Assembly (NCBI RefSeq): GCF_033153115.1
Contig: NW_026889751.1
Location: 11,594,001-11,658,000, forward strand
Reading direction: 5' to 3'
DNA: 64,000 nucleotides
Source: Saccostrea echinata
Lineage: Eukaryota
Shown: piece by piece, positions 51,858-64,000 of the stretch
Numbering within the stretch: the stretch's first letter is position 1
How the letters are laid out: each line of letters begins with the position of its first letter
Position numbers and translations under genes: made by a program
Notes under the pieces: generated by a model
What the model saw: the letters and a program-made list of their open reading frames with translations, nothing else
What the model was told of the DNA's origin: nothing
Databases searched by the model: none

Positions 51858-52822
51858 AAGATGTGTTTTTGAAACACTGATGCCCCGTATGGCAACTTAT
51901 ATCAAAGGTTAAACTTTCTCAAAGGCAAATCAAATATGTTGGTACCCAAAGTAAGGTCTTGTCCCGAGGAATAAACCTGTGAAATAGGAAAGTCCTAGCA
52001 GCAACCATTGAATAGATATGGAAAAGGTTAAAGTTTTATCAAAGGTATGTCAAATATCAAGGTCAAATCGTCAAAATTAATGGTGCCCAAGGAAAGGCCT
52101 TCTCCCAATACAAAGGTGAAATTTGAAAGCCGAAGGGCCATTCGTTCAAAAGTTATATCAAGGTTAAAGTTTTTCAAAAGTAGGTCATACTCCAAGGTCA
52201 ATGGATTATAATTGTTGGTATCCAAGGGAAGGTCTTGTCACAAGGAATACACATGTGAAGTATGAAAGCCCTAACACTAACCGTTCAAAAGTTATGGTCA
52301 AGTTTAAAGTTTTTCAAAAGTAGGTCAAACTCCAAGGTCAAAGGGTCAAAGTTGTTGGTATTCTAAGGAAGGTCTTGTCACATGGATTACACATGTGAAG
52401 TATGAAAGCCCTAGCATTAACCGTTCAAATGTTATGGCCAAGGTTAAAGCTTTTCAAAAGAAGGTCAAACTCCTAGGTGAAGTACAAAAGGTCAAAGTTG
52501 TTGGTATTCAAGGAAAGGTCTTGTCACAAGGATTACACATGTGAAGTACGAAAGCCTTAGCACCAACTGTTCAAAATTTATGGCCAAGGTTAAAGTTTGG
52601 TAAAATTTTGCAAAAGTGGGTCAAACTCCAAGGTCAAGGTCAAATATAATGGTACCCAAAGAAAGGTCTTGTCACAAGGAATACACATGAAATAAGAAAG
52701 GTATATCTCCAACCAATCAAAAGTTATGGGCAAGGTTAAAGTTTTTGCGGACAAACAGACAGACAGACGGACGGACAGGACAAAAACTATATACCCCCGA
52801 ATCTTCGATATGGGGGGGGGCA
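51858..52822 (-). mobile_element. HINE with ~130-140-bp tandem core immediately upstream of AOC copy 3
   Basis: aagatgtgtttttgaaacac end, repeated aaggtcttgtcacaagg/caaggttaaag units, gaca/gacg microsatellite, terminal ccccc...ggggg hairpin. Confidence 0.8.
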
Positions 52823-52842
52823 TTGAAATTGACGTAGGGGTG

Positions 52843-54594
52843 TGTGACGGTACATATTGTCGTTTTGCACATATTTTCGTCGACGACAATATGTACCTAC
52901 CCTCACGGCACAAATTGTCGTTCATCGGTACACATTGTCGCCGGCGACGATATGTGCCGAGACAAGCCTTATTTTCTTCTGCATAATGGACGACCAAATG
53001 TGCAGTCAAGCACCAGCACATATTGTCGTTGGCGACAATGTGTATAGTCAAGGTCAGCACATAATGTCGTCGATATAGTGTTTTGACGAATATTTAATTG
53101 AGTAAGGAAAGAGAGATTGACAAACACACACATACGCACGAAGGGAGACAGACAGCATTACTAGCAATACTATAGGGAGAAAACGTTTTGGTCAGAAAAT
53201 TGTGTCCAGGATTGATGTACTTCACTATGATTGGTCAAAGATTCCGTAATTCTTGAGATATCTGAAAAATAAGCCTATACATTTTTCTTGTACTTTATAC
53301 TTGGAGATTGAATACATGTATTAGTTTTTTTTTTGTTCGGTAGTATTGATTATTTGGAAATCAATTTTGGCGTTATTCTTATACAGTCAGGTGCCGTTAT
53401 AATTGGTGTTGGGGTTAATACTTTTAGATCACCTGAACTGGAAATTCAAGTGAGCTTTTCTGATCACATTTTGTCTGACTGTCCCTTTCGTCTGTAAACT
53501 TTTCACAGTTTCAGCTTCTTGTCAAGAACTACTGGATCAATTCCAACCAATCTTGCGACAAAGCAGCCATGGATAAGGGGGATTCAAGTTTGTTCAAATG
53601 AAGGACCAAGTCCTATTTCAAGGGAAGTTGATAAGAATTAGTGATAATTTAGTGACATCTTTTTTAAAAAATCTTCTCAAGAACCACTTTGTCAAAAAGT
53701 TGAAACTTATGTGAAAGATTCATTATGAAGTGTAGATTCAGTTTTATTCAGATCATGTCCATCGGGGGAAGGGTATGGCTACAAAAGGTGATCAAAGTTT
53801 TTCATAGAATATTTAAGAAAAAGATCTTTCAAAATCTTTTTTCCCAAGAACTACTGGGTCAGAAGAGATGATACTTATGTGAAAACTTCACTACATAGCG
53901 TACGTTTAATTTTGATGTGCAAGATGACACGAGAAAGATCCCTCACTGCTCCATGACCCTGAGCGCCAAGTATAGGCATCATTCTGAAATTTCTGGATCC
54001 ACCACTGAGAAACAGCAGTTGGCCCTTGATTAGTGATGTTTATATGGAAGCATCCTCAGGTAGCGAAGACTCGCGTATCTTTAAACCGGGACTAGGGTGG
54101 GACCACAATGGGCGACCAAAGTACATAAAAATATATGGGAAAATTCTTTAAAAATTATCTTCTCAAAAACAGGAAAACAATGAGTAATCATATTTAAATG
54201 GAGCATTGCCGTGCGTTGTCTTGCGACATGTTCTGATGAACAATATGCGCAGTGAGGGTAGGTACACATTGTCGCCTGCAACAGGACGACAAAACGTACC
54301 GTCACAATCAGGCTACATGAAATAGCAAACGAGACAGGTCAGTGTGATTCACACACCAATTACATTCACAAAACTATCAAAACACAACAAAAGAAATGTT
54401 TAAGCAACAATATCTGTGGGGCGACAATATGTACAGTGAGGGTGAGGCACATAATGTCGCCAGCGACAATATGTGCATATGTAACTTTTCAGCCGGCGAC
54501 AATTTGTACCGATGGACGACAATAAGTGCAGTGAGGGTAGGTACATATTGTCGCCGACGACAATATGTACAAAACGACAATATGTACCGTCACA
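52843..54594. mobile_element. Ginger-like non-autonomous element (TGT...ACA) containing a HINE (53423-~54210) and a SINE fragment
   Basis: ~200-bp imperfect TIRs starting TGTGACGGTACATATTGTCG; 5-bp GGGTG duplication; an extra internal end copy at ~54240-54306. Confidence 0.75.
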
Positions 54595-56968
54595 GGGTGG
54601 TTACGAATGGTATCAGAGTTGTTGTCAAACGAGTATCATTCTTATCTGTGGCGATTCTTCATATCTCACTGAATAATAGTTGAGATTAAATGCCCTTAAG
54701 AGGTTGGAAAATTGGTGTATAGCTATCTCTGTGGTGAACTGAGGATCATTAAAATTATGAATAATCTCAAAATGCATCACAGGGATTCTAGGAGCTAGGT
54801 GATATATGGCTTTGTACACTTTTTAAGAATTAGTAAAGCATTCTGAAAGCTTACTGTAACCACGGTTTTGTTCACGTTTAATGTTAGCATAAGCCATTCA
54901 AAGAATGGCCATGATTTTGTCCACGTTTGATCACGAATAAGGCATTTTAACTAAAAACTAAAATAAATCAAATCAAAATTAAATTAAAAACTAACTGTAT
55001 CTATGGTTTTGTACAGTTTGCTAAGGGTAAGGCATCCGGAAAGCTTTTAGTAAGTTTATTTGATGCAATTGTACATGTATTCTGAAATATAACTTTAACA
55101 AAGATTTCGTCTGTCGGAACACTCTGTTTTCTTCAAAAAGGGCAGAGTGATGCGTGTCCTGCTTTTGATTCCAGAAATGCTTCATTAATGTCATATATGA
55201 TGTTTCCATATATTCAAAAGATTATATATAAAAAGTGAGGGAATTTCTAGAGTGGTTAGAAATGAAGGTACATGTATTTTTTAAAATACTCATGCTATAA
55301 CACATTTATATTTTTACAAGTCTTGGGGTTGCCTAGATCATGTTCGAAAAGATTTTGGTTTTGCTTGACAAATCAAATGTAGAACTGAACACAGTTTATA
55401 ATTATTTTTTCCTCAGAAGGTGTTAACAAGACAGCTTTGGTTGCATGGTTTAATTCAATATGCTCATAACTTTTTTTCAAATCCTTTCTTGTGAACCAGT
55501 AACTAAAATCCTAAATCTACAGAACAATGAAATTCTAAATTATCATATAATGCTTCTATTTACTGTTATATTTAGTATGAATTAACAAGTATCTTATAAA
55601 TATTTCATAGGGAACCGTAACGAAATGGCAGCATTAATATACATTCCAGTGAAAACATATTTGAAAATTCAATTTTAGTCAACTCTATTTTTGAGAAATT
55701 TGGCTATATTCAAAATTAAAAGAAGTTGACGAAAACTTTGGAATGTCACAGTAAATTCTATCAGAGCTTGGTTGTTCCTGTTTATTTAAAACTATCATGC
55801 ATCGACGTGTAAGCTTCGCCTCGCCCATGTCTGGTTATAAACTTTCTCTGAAAATAATTTGTTTACGAAACCATATGCCATAAATAAGTCCAATAGAATA
55901 ACATACTAAACCTTCAACAAATATTGTTTTGTCAATAACATTCCACTGCATGCTGTAAATTATTTTAACCTTGGCGACATGAGTATATATGCAAATGAAC
56001 GTAGGTATATAAGCATTTTTCTGTCTTACCTTGAGGCAAATATGAATTCAATTGTTACGTTCAGGACAAGTATTGCTTAGTCATCATTTCTATGTAGGGA
56101 GGGAAACTGTCCCATCGGTAAAATATTTCTCAAAAAATGCCATGCTTCTTCTTAAGTTTCCATCGACCCCTGGTGGTTTTAAAACAAAACAATCACGCTG
56201 GTTACACCTAAGAAATATTTAATATTCATCTGTAGGTTGGTTTACGGACGAATTATTTTACCATTGTTTTGCCGTGGGAAATTTAGCCTTCAAGACCTCT
56301 CATTAATTTTTGATGTCTTCTAACTTTCTATGCTAAAAGATATAAATGATTCAAATATATTGGAGTAAATTATGTAATTATCTGGAATTTTAAATGAATA
56401 TTCAAGCTACGTCTTTTGATTGCGTAGTTATTGTTAAAACAGTATTTCACACGAGCACATTTATATTAATGAATGAATGAACTCAACGCCTTCATTTTCG
56501 ATAGAAGTTTGAGCTGCCTCTCTCAGAAAACAAACAAACGAAGAAAAAAAAACACTAAACAAAACGAAGAAACACACACACACACACACTGCTTATAATA
56601 TTAATTGTATTTTAGGGGTTGCGCCAAGGTCTTTGCTTACCTGTTGATATGCATTAACGAGAAATAACACGTGAGCGTTGGAATACCTTAATTTTGACTA
56701 TAGATAACACAGTTTATGGAGAAGCTGCATTCAAGATAATGTACCTGGAATGAATAGATATTAGACTTTCTAATTATCATTCATAATACTGATGAAATAA
56801 ATTCCCTGAAACACTGTTCACTCTGTGTGTGTATTGATATTAATTTTGAGGAAATACATGTATCCTCTGCTCTGAATTATTCAGATTTCTCAAGATGTTT
56901 ATAAGTATTTTTTTTTAAATCCTCACAATGTAGCTACATGTATCCATGTATCGTATTCCTTTGTTTTC

Positions 56969-57111
56969 NNNNNNNNNNNNNNNNNNNNNNNNNNNNNNNN
57001 NNNNNNNNNNNNNNNNNNNNNNNNNNNNNNNNNNNNNNNNNNNNNNNNNNNNNNNNNNNNNNNNNNNNNNNNNNNNNNNNNNNNNNNNNNNNNNNNNNNN
57101 NNNNNNNNNNN
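56969..57111. other. Assembly gap
   Basis: Run of N. Confidence 1.
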
Positions 57112-58089
57112 TTGGAAAATCACATTTAAGGATACGTATCCAAAGAAAACTAAAACTTCACAGATTTTTTCATATTCTTTCATATAATTTTTTTAGAATA
57201 AGTTTAGAACTTTTCTAAATTTAGAATTTTAGACCAAACCATTGCTTTGAAAAATCGCTTTGCAGTTATATATTTAAAAAAAATGCCCTGTAGAAAAGGG
57301 AGAAACATATGAAAACATACAGAGATTAATCAGAAATCCCTTCTAGGATTTATTGCCATAGCAACCGTTAAAAAATCTTAAAACATGTTACAAGGATCCT
57401 TTTCTACTATTTATTTTGGAGATATGTCACTTTTTAATTGCTCTTTTTAATTTAGGCCTAATGTATGTGTGATCAAAACGAATGAATAAAATTATATATG
57501 GCTTTTAATATTTAGTTTACATGGTTACGTATGTAACATGTTTTCCGAAACAATTCTATCATTCCAATTAGACAAAACGTTTTTAACTTATGGACACGGC
57601 CGCTTTCACTTTCCTACATTGTTGCTAAAGTTAGTTATGGATCTCGAAACATGCTCGAAAATGTTTTATTTTTAATCTTAGGACAAGTTGCCATGGTAAC
57701 CATGATAACATAGCAAACATCTTTGTCATTTAGGTCTAGATTATGTCTGTATAAGCTGGTATAAGGGTCTCACAAAATGTTTGGGAAAAAAAGTTACATG
57801 TTTCACAAAATAGAATGATACGCTTTATTTTGAAATTACTTTGAACTTTAATCCGAGACAGAGTTTGTCTTATAAAGATTTTGAAACTTCTTTTATCCAG
57901 GTGTAAATGTAATTTACCTCGGGATCGGGATTATCTTGCAAATACGAAAGTAGATGTCAGCAGGATACAGAGCACCTGTTTTGACTTTTGTTAGACTGGT
58001 AATGGTGTTGCCTGTCTCTATCCTGTCGCGCATATCAGGCAGTCAAGGCCAGTATACTGTTTTGTATGACTTATCGCCTTTGTCTACTA

Positions 58090-59494
58090 ATGGAAACTAC
58101 TGACGACATTTGTAAAATATTCCATAGCTACAACTTTGAGGCTGATAGCGATTTTCAATCTGGAATTCAAACTATATTCCAACAATGTGAAAAGACGACA
58201 GAAAAATTACTTCAAGCTCAGTTGTTCTATTTCTCTAAGTAAGTTACTAAACTGCTATTTTTATATTAAATCTGTATATACCAACGATTAACATCAAAAG
58301 ATTAATTTAAGTCTGTAGATAACGAGTTTAAAAGTAATTCTTAACTTATGTCTTAGAAAAGTGGACAGGCTTTAACTATGGGAATACCTCAGTTCACTTT
58401 GGATGTCTCATTTTCACATAATTGGGCTATACTGTCTCAGTATATGCAAAATTTGATCCATAATACAAAAATTTTCAGTATTTTCCTCGGCAAAAAGATG
58501 TAAAAAAGTGCAATATAATCTGAAACTCTGATTTATTTATTTAGTTATTATTTTTTTGAAAATATTATAAACCATGTACATGTAGTTTTCATATCATGCA
58601 CATCTAAGTTAGATCCATTTCATTTTTAAAGGAAATATGGGAAGATTACAGACGTTGATTATAGAGGATGGCTGAAAGATAATAACCTGGAGAATCAGAT
58701 AGGTGTAAACAAAGGTACAGTGTTAATTAATTCTTCTACAATCTACATGTATGCATTTTAATACAGTTTTTCAAATAAATTAAATGCAGATTTTATAATT
58801 AATTTTAAAACGCAAGTCTTTGCTTAAGGTATTCCCTCTCTGATAGCCTCAACTTTCTTGTTAAAAATTGTTTTGAATCTTTATTCTATTCAAAATCAAT
58901 CTGATTAATCAATTTTTATGGTGGTAACTTTGAGGGAATATGGTTCCAAATGATTCTCAAAATTATGACTATGTGTGTTTGCATGGACTTATAGTTATTC
59001 TTTAAATATTATTTTTATGAGTACAGAATTTAAAGAAAGTATAGTAGTATCAAAACTTTCAAAACTAAATAAAAACAAAAGTACAAGTTTAGTTATGTTT
59101 TATTTCAGATCAGAACCCAATTGAAGAGAGTAAAATACACATAGAAAAGGAACAATCTAAAGCAAGTACTGAAAAGTCACCTAGATCAAATGTTTGTGAA
59201 GCAGGCGATATGGGCACAGATGGAACTAACGCATTAAACAACTTGGAAACTGTTGATTCTTGCCAACAATTAATCTCTCAAATAGTGCTGTCAGAGAAAG
59301 ATGATGAAATCAAGACAGTTTTGTCTGAAAAAGAAACTGATGAGATGCCAATAGCTAGCTTTGGTCAGGTGGTGGAAATGATATCTAAGGGCCTACCCTT
59401 ACCTGGTGTTACTGAATTGGATATAAAACCATTGGACATTGAACCAACAGTGACCAGAATGGAGCGGAGGCTCAAACCCTGGGAACAGGGATAA
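58090..59494 (+). CDS. PEX39: PEX39/C6orf226-like peroxin; exons 58090-58238, 58632-58714, 59109-59494
   Basis: Spliced by eye with phase-consistent GT-AG introns. N-terminal FHSYNFEADSDFQSGI...AQLFYFS resembles DUF5572; C-terminal SFGQVVEMISKGLPLPG...PT...RRLKPWE carries the KPWE motif. Confidence 0.78.
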
Positions 59495-60039
59495 CTTGGA
59501 GACAGAAGGGGAAAGGGGGGGGGGCTGTGTGGGTTTGGGGGGGGGGGGGGGTTGGAGAAGGAAAGAGTGTTGTCTTGAAGAACATTGTCAAACTAGGTAG
59601 AACAGATTTAATTGTAAAAAAAAAAAAAATGGATACTCACTGTATTTATTTATTCAGAATCTGTGTAATTTTTTTTTTAAAATGAATTCTTCTGTATAAT
59701 CTCCTCAATAAATCGTGGCTAAAAATAATTTCTTGTTTGTAATAGTTAGTTCTTGTGACTAGGTCTGGGATGATACATACAGTTTTGAGATGATATCTGG
59801 ATGCAATTACTTTGATACCAGACATATGTATCTTGATATTGAATAACTATAAAACTGAGAAAGAATCACTATTATCAATGTTTTTAGCTTAATTTCAGCA
59901 GGAGAAGGAAACCAAAATACTCTTGAAATCATGGTTTTATTTTCCACATGTATGCACTAGCTTTGTATAATGTTTTGATTCAAACTTATATTTTTGATTC
60001 AAACTTATTTTAATATTATTTCTTTTACATGTATTTCAT

Positions 60040-60508
60040 TTTTATATCCCCCCCCTTGAAAAGGGGGGGGGTATATAGTGATAGGGGTGTACATGTACAT
60101 CCATCTGTTCATTACACTTTGGGGTACACATCTCTTATCCAAAACTTCCTAAAATTTAATGATACTTTCACAGAATCTTTGTCACATAATGCTATTGTGC
60201 ACCTCTTTTACTTTTTGATTGGACACATATTTTGGGTTTCCAATTGCAAACCATAGATGCTGCGATTCTTTCCATAATATTGAGGGGTACCCATATCTTA
60301 TCTGCAACTCCTGTTATAACACTGAATAAAATTTAATGATGCTTTCACAGAATCTTTGTTACATAGTGCCATTGTGCACCTCCTATTTCACATTTTGATC
60401 AGACACATATTTCGGGTCTCCCTTAGCAAAACATGGACTTTGCCATTATAATCATATGGGAGGCCGGGATATCATTTTTTGAGCTCAGTGCTCACAGTAC
60501 CTCTAGTC
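60040..60508 (+). mobile_element. Short Helentron-like element
   Basis: 5' tatatccccc..gggggtatata; two ~180-bp units; 3' gggatat + tgagc..gctca hairpin + ctagt. Confidence 0.65.
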
Positions 60509-60643
60509 TTAATACTGTATTGTCCTTTTAGAAATTGAACTTAAACAAAATAAAAAAAAATAACAAGGTATTTAAAATAATTTAATTTATAAAAAAAAAT
60601 TTTGTTACAAATGTACCTTTTTTGCCAATATTACTGCAATAAT

Positions 60644-61165
60644 ACAAGATGTGTTTGTGAAACATTGATGTCCCAAAATCAACGGTTAAGATCATGAGGT
60701 CATAACTGTTGGTACCAAAAGAAAGGTTTTGTCACAATGAATACACATGAAATATGAAAGCCCTATCACAAACCATTCAGGAGTTACAGAAGTTTCAAAA
60801 GAAGGTCAAACTCCAAGGTCATGAGGTTAAAAATGTTGGTCTAGTCACAAGGATTTGATTAAAACACATTTTATTGATACATAATCAACTGGAGTCCCAA
60901 GGATTACACTTGTAAAATATGAAATTCAAAAGTTATGGCCAAGGTTAAAGTTTTCTTTTCAAAAAGTGGGGAAGATTTCAAGGTCAAGGTCATAAGGTCA
61001 AAAATGTTCGTCTTGTCACTCACAAGGAGTACATATTTGAAATATGAAAGCCCTTAAACACCTACCCTTTAAAAGTTATGACCAAGGTTAAAGTTTTTGC
61101 AAACAAACAGACAGACAGGCGGACCAAAAACTGTATGCCCCCGAATCTTAGATTACAGGAACAGG
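60644..61165 (-). mobile_element. HINE of the same family as 51858-52822
   Basis: Shared ends (acaagatgtgtttgtgaaaca; acagacagg..ccaaaaact..tgcccccgaatctt) and shared tandem units. Confidence 0.75.
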
Positions 61166-61479
61166 AAAAAACATGATTAATTTTTAAAAAGTTTTGGTTG
61201 AAATACGTCTTTTTTTGTAAAATTTTAGCATATATTGTAAAGAATACTAGTATTTTGGGAGAGAAGATGGATATGTATTTGGGATATCATCCCAACACTA
61301 CTAATTGTGACTAATCAGAGAAACTAGAACTTTCAACTTCAACGTGGATACTCGCGAAAATCCAATAAGGACATTTACTAGCGAGGATTATGTACTTGCG
61401 TGCAATGTCCAAATGTAGAAAAGGTTGCTCCTTAAGACCTTAACAGATATGTACACTGTACAGGTCACTGTATATTAAT

Positions 61480-64000
61480 AAATAGGGTGAGTATTCCAAG
61501 GTTGGAGGTTCTGGATAGATGTTTTAAACTGCTCCAACGATAGTGAAAGTATGGCTGATTCAGGTAAAGTGTTCCAGTAGTTGATGGTTCTTGGGAAGAA
61601 TGATTGTTTGTAAATGTTAACTCGGCAGTGGTAAGGTACAAATTTCAGGCAGTGACTGTTTCTAGTTCCTCGTACTGTTGCTAGCGGGGGGGGGGTTAGG
61701 GGGTTATGATATTTGGACTGCTATAAGTTGGTTGACTACTTTATACATGAGTGTTACATCAGTCCAAATACGTCTCTGTTCTAGAGTGTTTCATTTGAGT
61801 TCCTGCATCATAGATGTTACACTGTCTGGTTTTTCTGGGTTGTAAGGTTTGTTGTTAACGAATCTTGCTGCATTTCGTTGTACTTGTTCAATCTGTTTCT
61901 GTTGTGTTTTCTGTTGTGGATTCCATATTGGTGTTGCATACTCTAACTTTGGTCGAACTAGGCTCTGGTATGCCTTTTCTTTGACCTTTGGTGGACAATG
62001 TCGAAGGTTGCGCTTCAGGAATCCCAACACACTATAAGCTTTCTTGCAGATGTTGTCTATGTGTAAGTTGTACTTCAAGTTATTACTGAGTTCAACTCCT
62101 AAGTATGGATGGTGATCTACTATCTCGAGTGACTCCCCCTCCATGATGTAGTTGAAGGCTTTCTTCTTGTTGATGTTCCAAACTGCATGATAGCGCACTT
62201 CTTGATGTTAAATTCCATTTGCCAGGTGTCACTCCAGTTCACTAGTGTATTCAAATCTCTCTGTAGTTGTTCATGGTCTTGTTGGCAATGTACGGGTCTG
62301 TAGATGACACAGTCATCTGCAAATAATCGAATAGTTGAAGTGATGGTGTCTGCAATATAGTTAATAAAGATAAGGAACAATGTTGGCCCAAGCACAGTTC
62401 CTTGTGGGACCCCAGATGTTACGGATGTTGTGCTAGATGTTGCGTTATCTACTACTACCTGCTGTGTCAGTCTTTCAAGAAGTCGTTGATCCATCTCTGT
62501 GTTGTTCCCTGGATGCCGTAGTATTGTAATTTCTTCGACAGTCGTATGTGTGGAACTTTGTCAAACGCTTTTGAAAAGTCCAATATTCCCATATCAACTT
62601 GCCTTCCTTGGTCTAGGTGTTTGGCGATGTCATCAGTTGTCATCAGCAGCTGGGATTCGCATGATCGTCTAGCTCGAAATCCATGTTGGTTTTCATGTAG
62701 GATATTTCCTCTGTCTAGATGGTCCATGATCTGAGAGACAATGATATGCTCTAGCATTTTGGATATGACAGCTGTGAGTGATACTGGTCTATAATTTGCA
62801 GGTGTTGTTCTATCACCTTACTTATAAATTGGAACTATGTTCGCATTTTCCAGTCTGTTGGTATTTCTCCTCTATCGAATGATTGTTGAAATATATGTGA
62901 TATTGCTGGTGTTATGATGTCGACTGTTTGTTTTAAGAATGTGATGGGTATCTTATCTGGACTACTTGCTTCCTTCTCGTTTAGGCGTTGAATGCTCTTT
63001 CTTACATGTACACCTGAGTCCGAGATGGTGATATTTCTCATTTGAGCGTATGGTGAGGACCCTTTTCCGGGATATTGTTTATGTCCTCCTTGGTAAATAC
63101 TGATGTAAATTGTTCATTTAGTATGTTTGCTTTTTCCAGTGGTGTTTCTGCTATCTTCCCTTTAGCTTTCAGTGTTCCTGTTCCTATAGTATCTTGTTTC
63201 CGGGCTTTGATGTATTTCCAGAAGTTTTTGGATGTTGTATCCTCTTTTGGGTCTAATAACGTGTTCAGATATTTATGATATGATGAATGAATCATATTCC
63301 GTACTAATTTCCTATATTCTTTAAAAGATGTTGACTGTCTGCTGTTTTTTCCATGTTTCAAAGCTTGTTTGTAAATCCGCTTTTTCTTTCGTATCATTCG
63401 CTTTATCTCCCTTGTCATCCACGGTACATCAGCCTTTTTCTTCACTGCCTTTTTTTGGGAATCCATGTGTCCAGAACTCTGAAGACCGCATCCTCAAAGT
63501 AGCTCCAGTTTTCCTCTATTGATTGTTTAGCCATATCTTCTGAATTAAATCTATTGCACAAATCGGACGTTACTCTTTACTTCCCCCAGTTAGCTTTTTT
63601 ATAGTTATAAACTGTTCGATTGATCTTGGTAGACTTTATTGGTTTGAGTGTTGCTCGAATAGCTAAGATGCCATGGTCAATCAATCCGATTGGTGGGCAC
63701 GTGTAGACCTTTTCAAGAAGGGTTGGATGTGATGTTATAAATAAGTCTAAAGTCCTATCCTGGCGTGTTGGTAATGTAGTGTCTTGGTCCAGCACATAAC
63801 AGTTCATATTAGTTTATCACAGTGTGATTGATCTCTGGCTCCCAGAGTGCTACAACCCATGGTCCAGTTATTATCCCCAAGGTTGAAATTTCCTCCCGGA
63901 ATATTTTGCAGTTCTTATATTTATCTGACTTGAATATTTTAGACAATGATAAATCGAGTTTTTGCAAAGCTTCAATCGATGACTTTAACTTGGTAGGTGT
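61480..64000 (-). pseudogene. Decayed non-LTR retrotransposon ORF2 (APE endonuclease + RT; CR1/L2-like group), cut by the window edge
   Basis: Frameshifted fragments with PTR..TLDLF, QHGFR, DFSKAFDKVPH, GVPQGTVLGP, LFADDC, YLGV. Confidence 0.9.

Noticed and set aside
51773-51895. N-terminal extension of the 750-aa AOC ORF
   Set aside because: The ORF start lies inside a HINE end and most of the extension has no counterpart in copies 1 and 2.
56923-57218. ORFs spanning the N run
   Set aside because: Artefacts of the assembly gap.

Overview
AT-rich, intron-containing animal genomic DNA. The repeat content (tRNA-headed SINEs, Helentron/HINE-like elements with satellite cores, Penelope-like RT) points to a bivalve, probably an oyster (inference). 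Host genes: a tandem array of three two-exon, membrane-anchored copper amine oxidase (AOC3/VAP-1-like) genes on the minus strand and a three-exon PEX39/C6orf226-like gene on the plus strand. Copy 3 has the canonical TPQ motif (NYDY); copies 1 and 2 have NYSY, and copy 2 also has a stop plus frameshift. The ~35 kb between copies 2 and 3 is largely nested mobile DNA. It holds nested Helentron-like elements, a KolobokP-like LTDR-INT-LTDR element, stacked AT-targeting non-autonomous elements, and two apparently intact ISL2EU-type (PIF/Harbinger group) DNA transposons in mirror orientation. Each of these two encodes a spliced THAP-DDE transposase and a convergent spliced SWIM-YqaJ nuclease. A decayed LINE runs off the right edge, and there is an assembly gap at 56969-57111. 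All exon and terminus coordinates were read by eye; no database searches were run.
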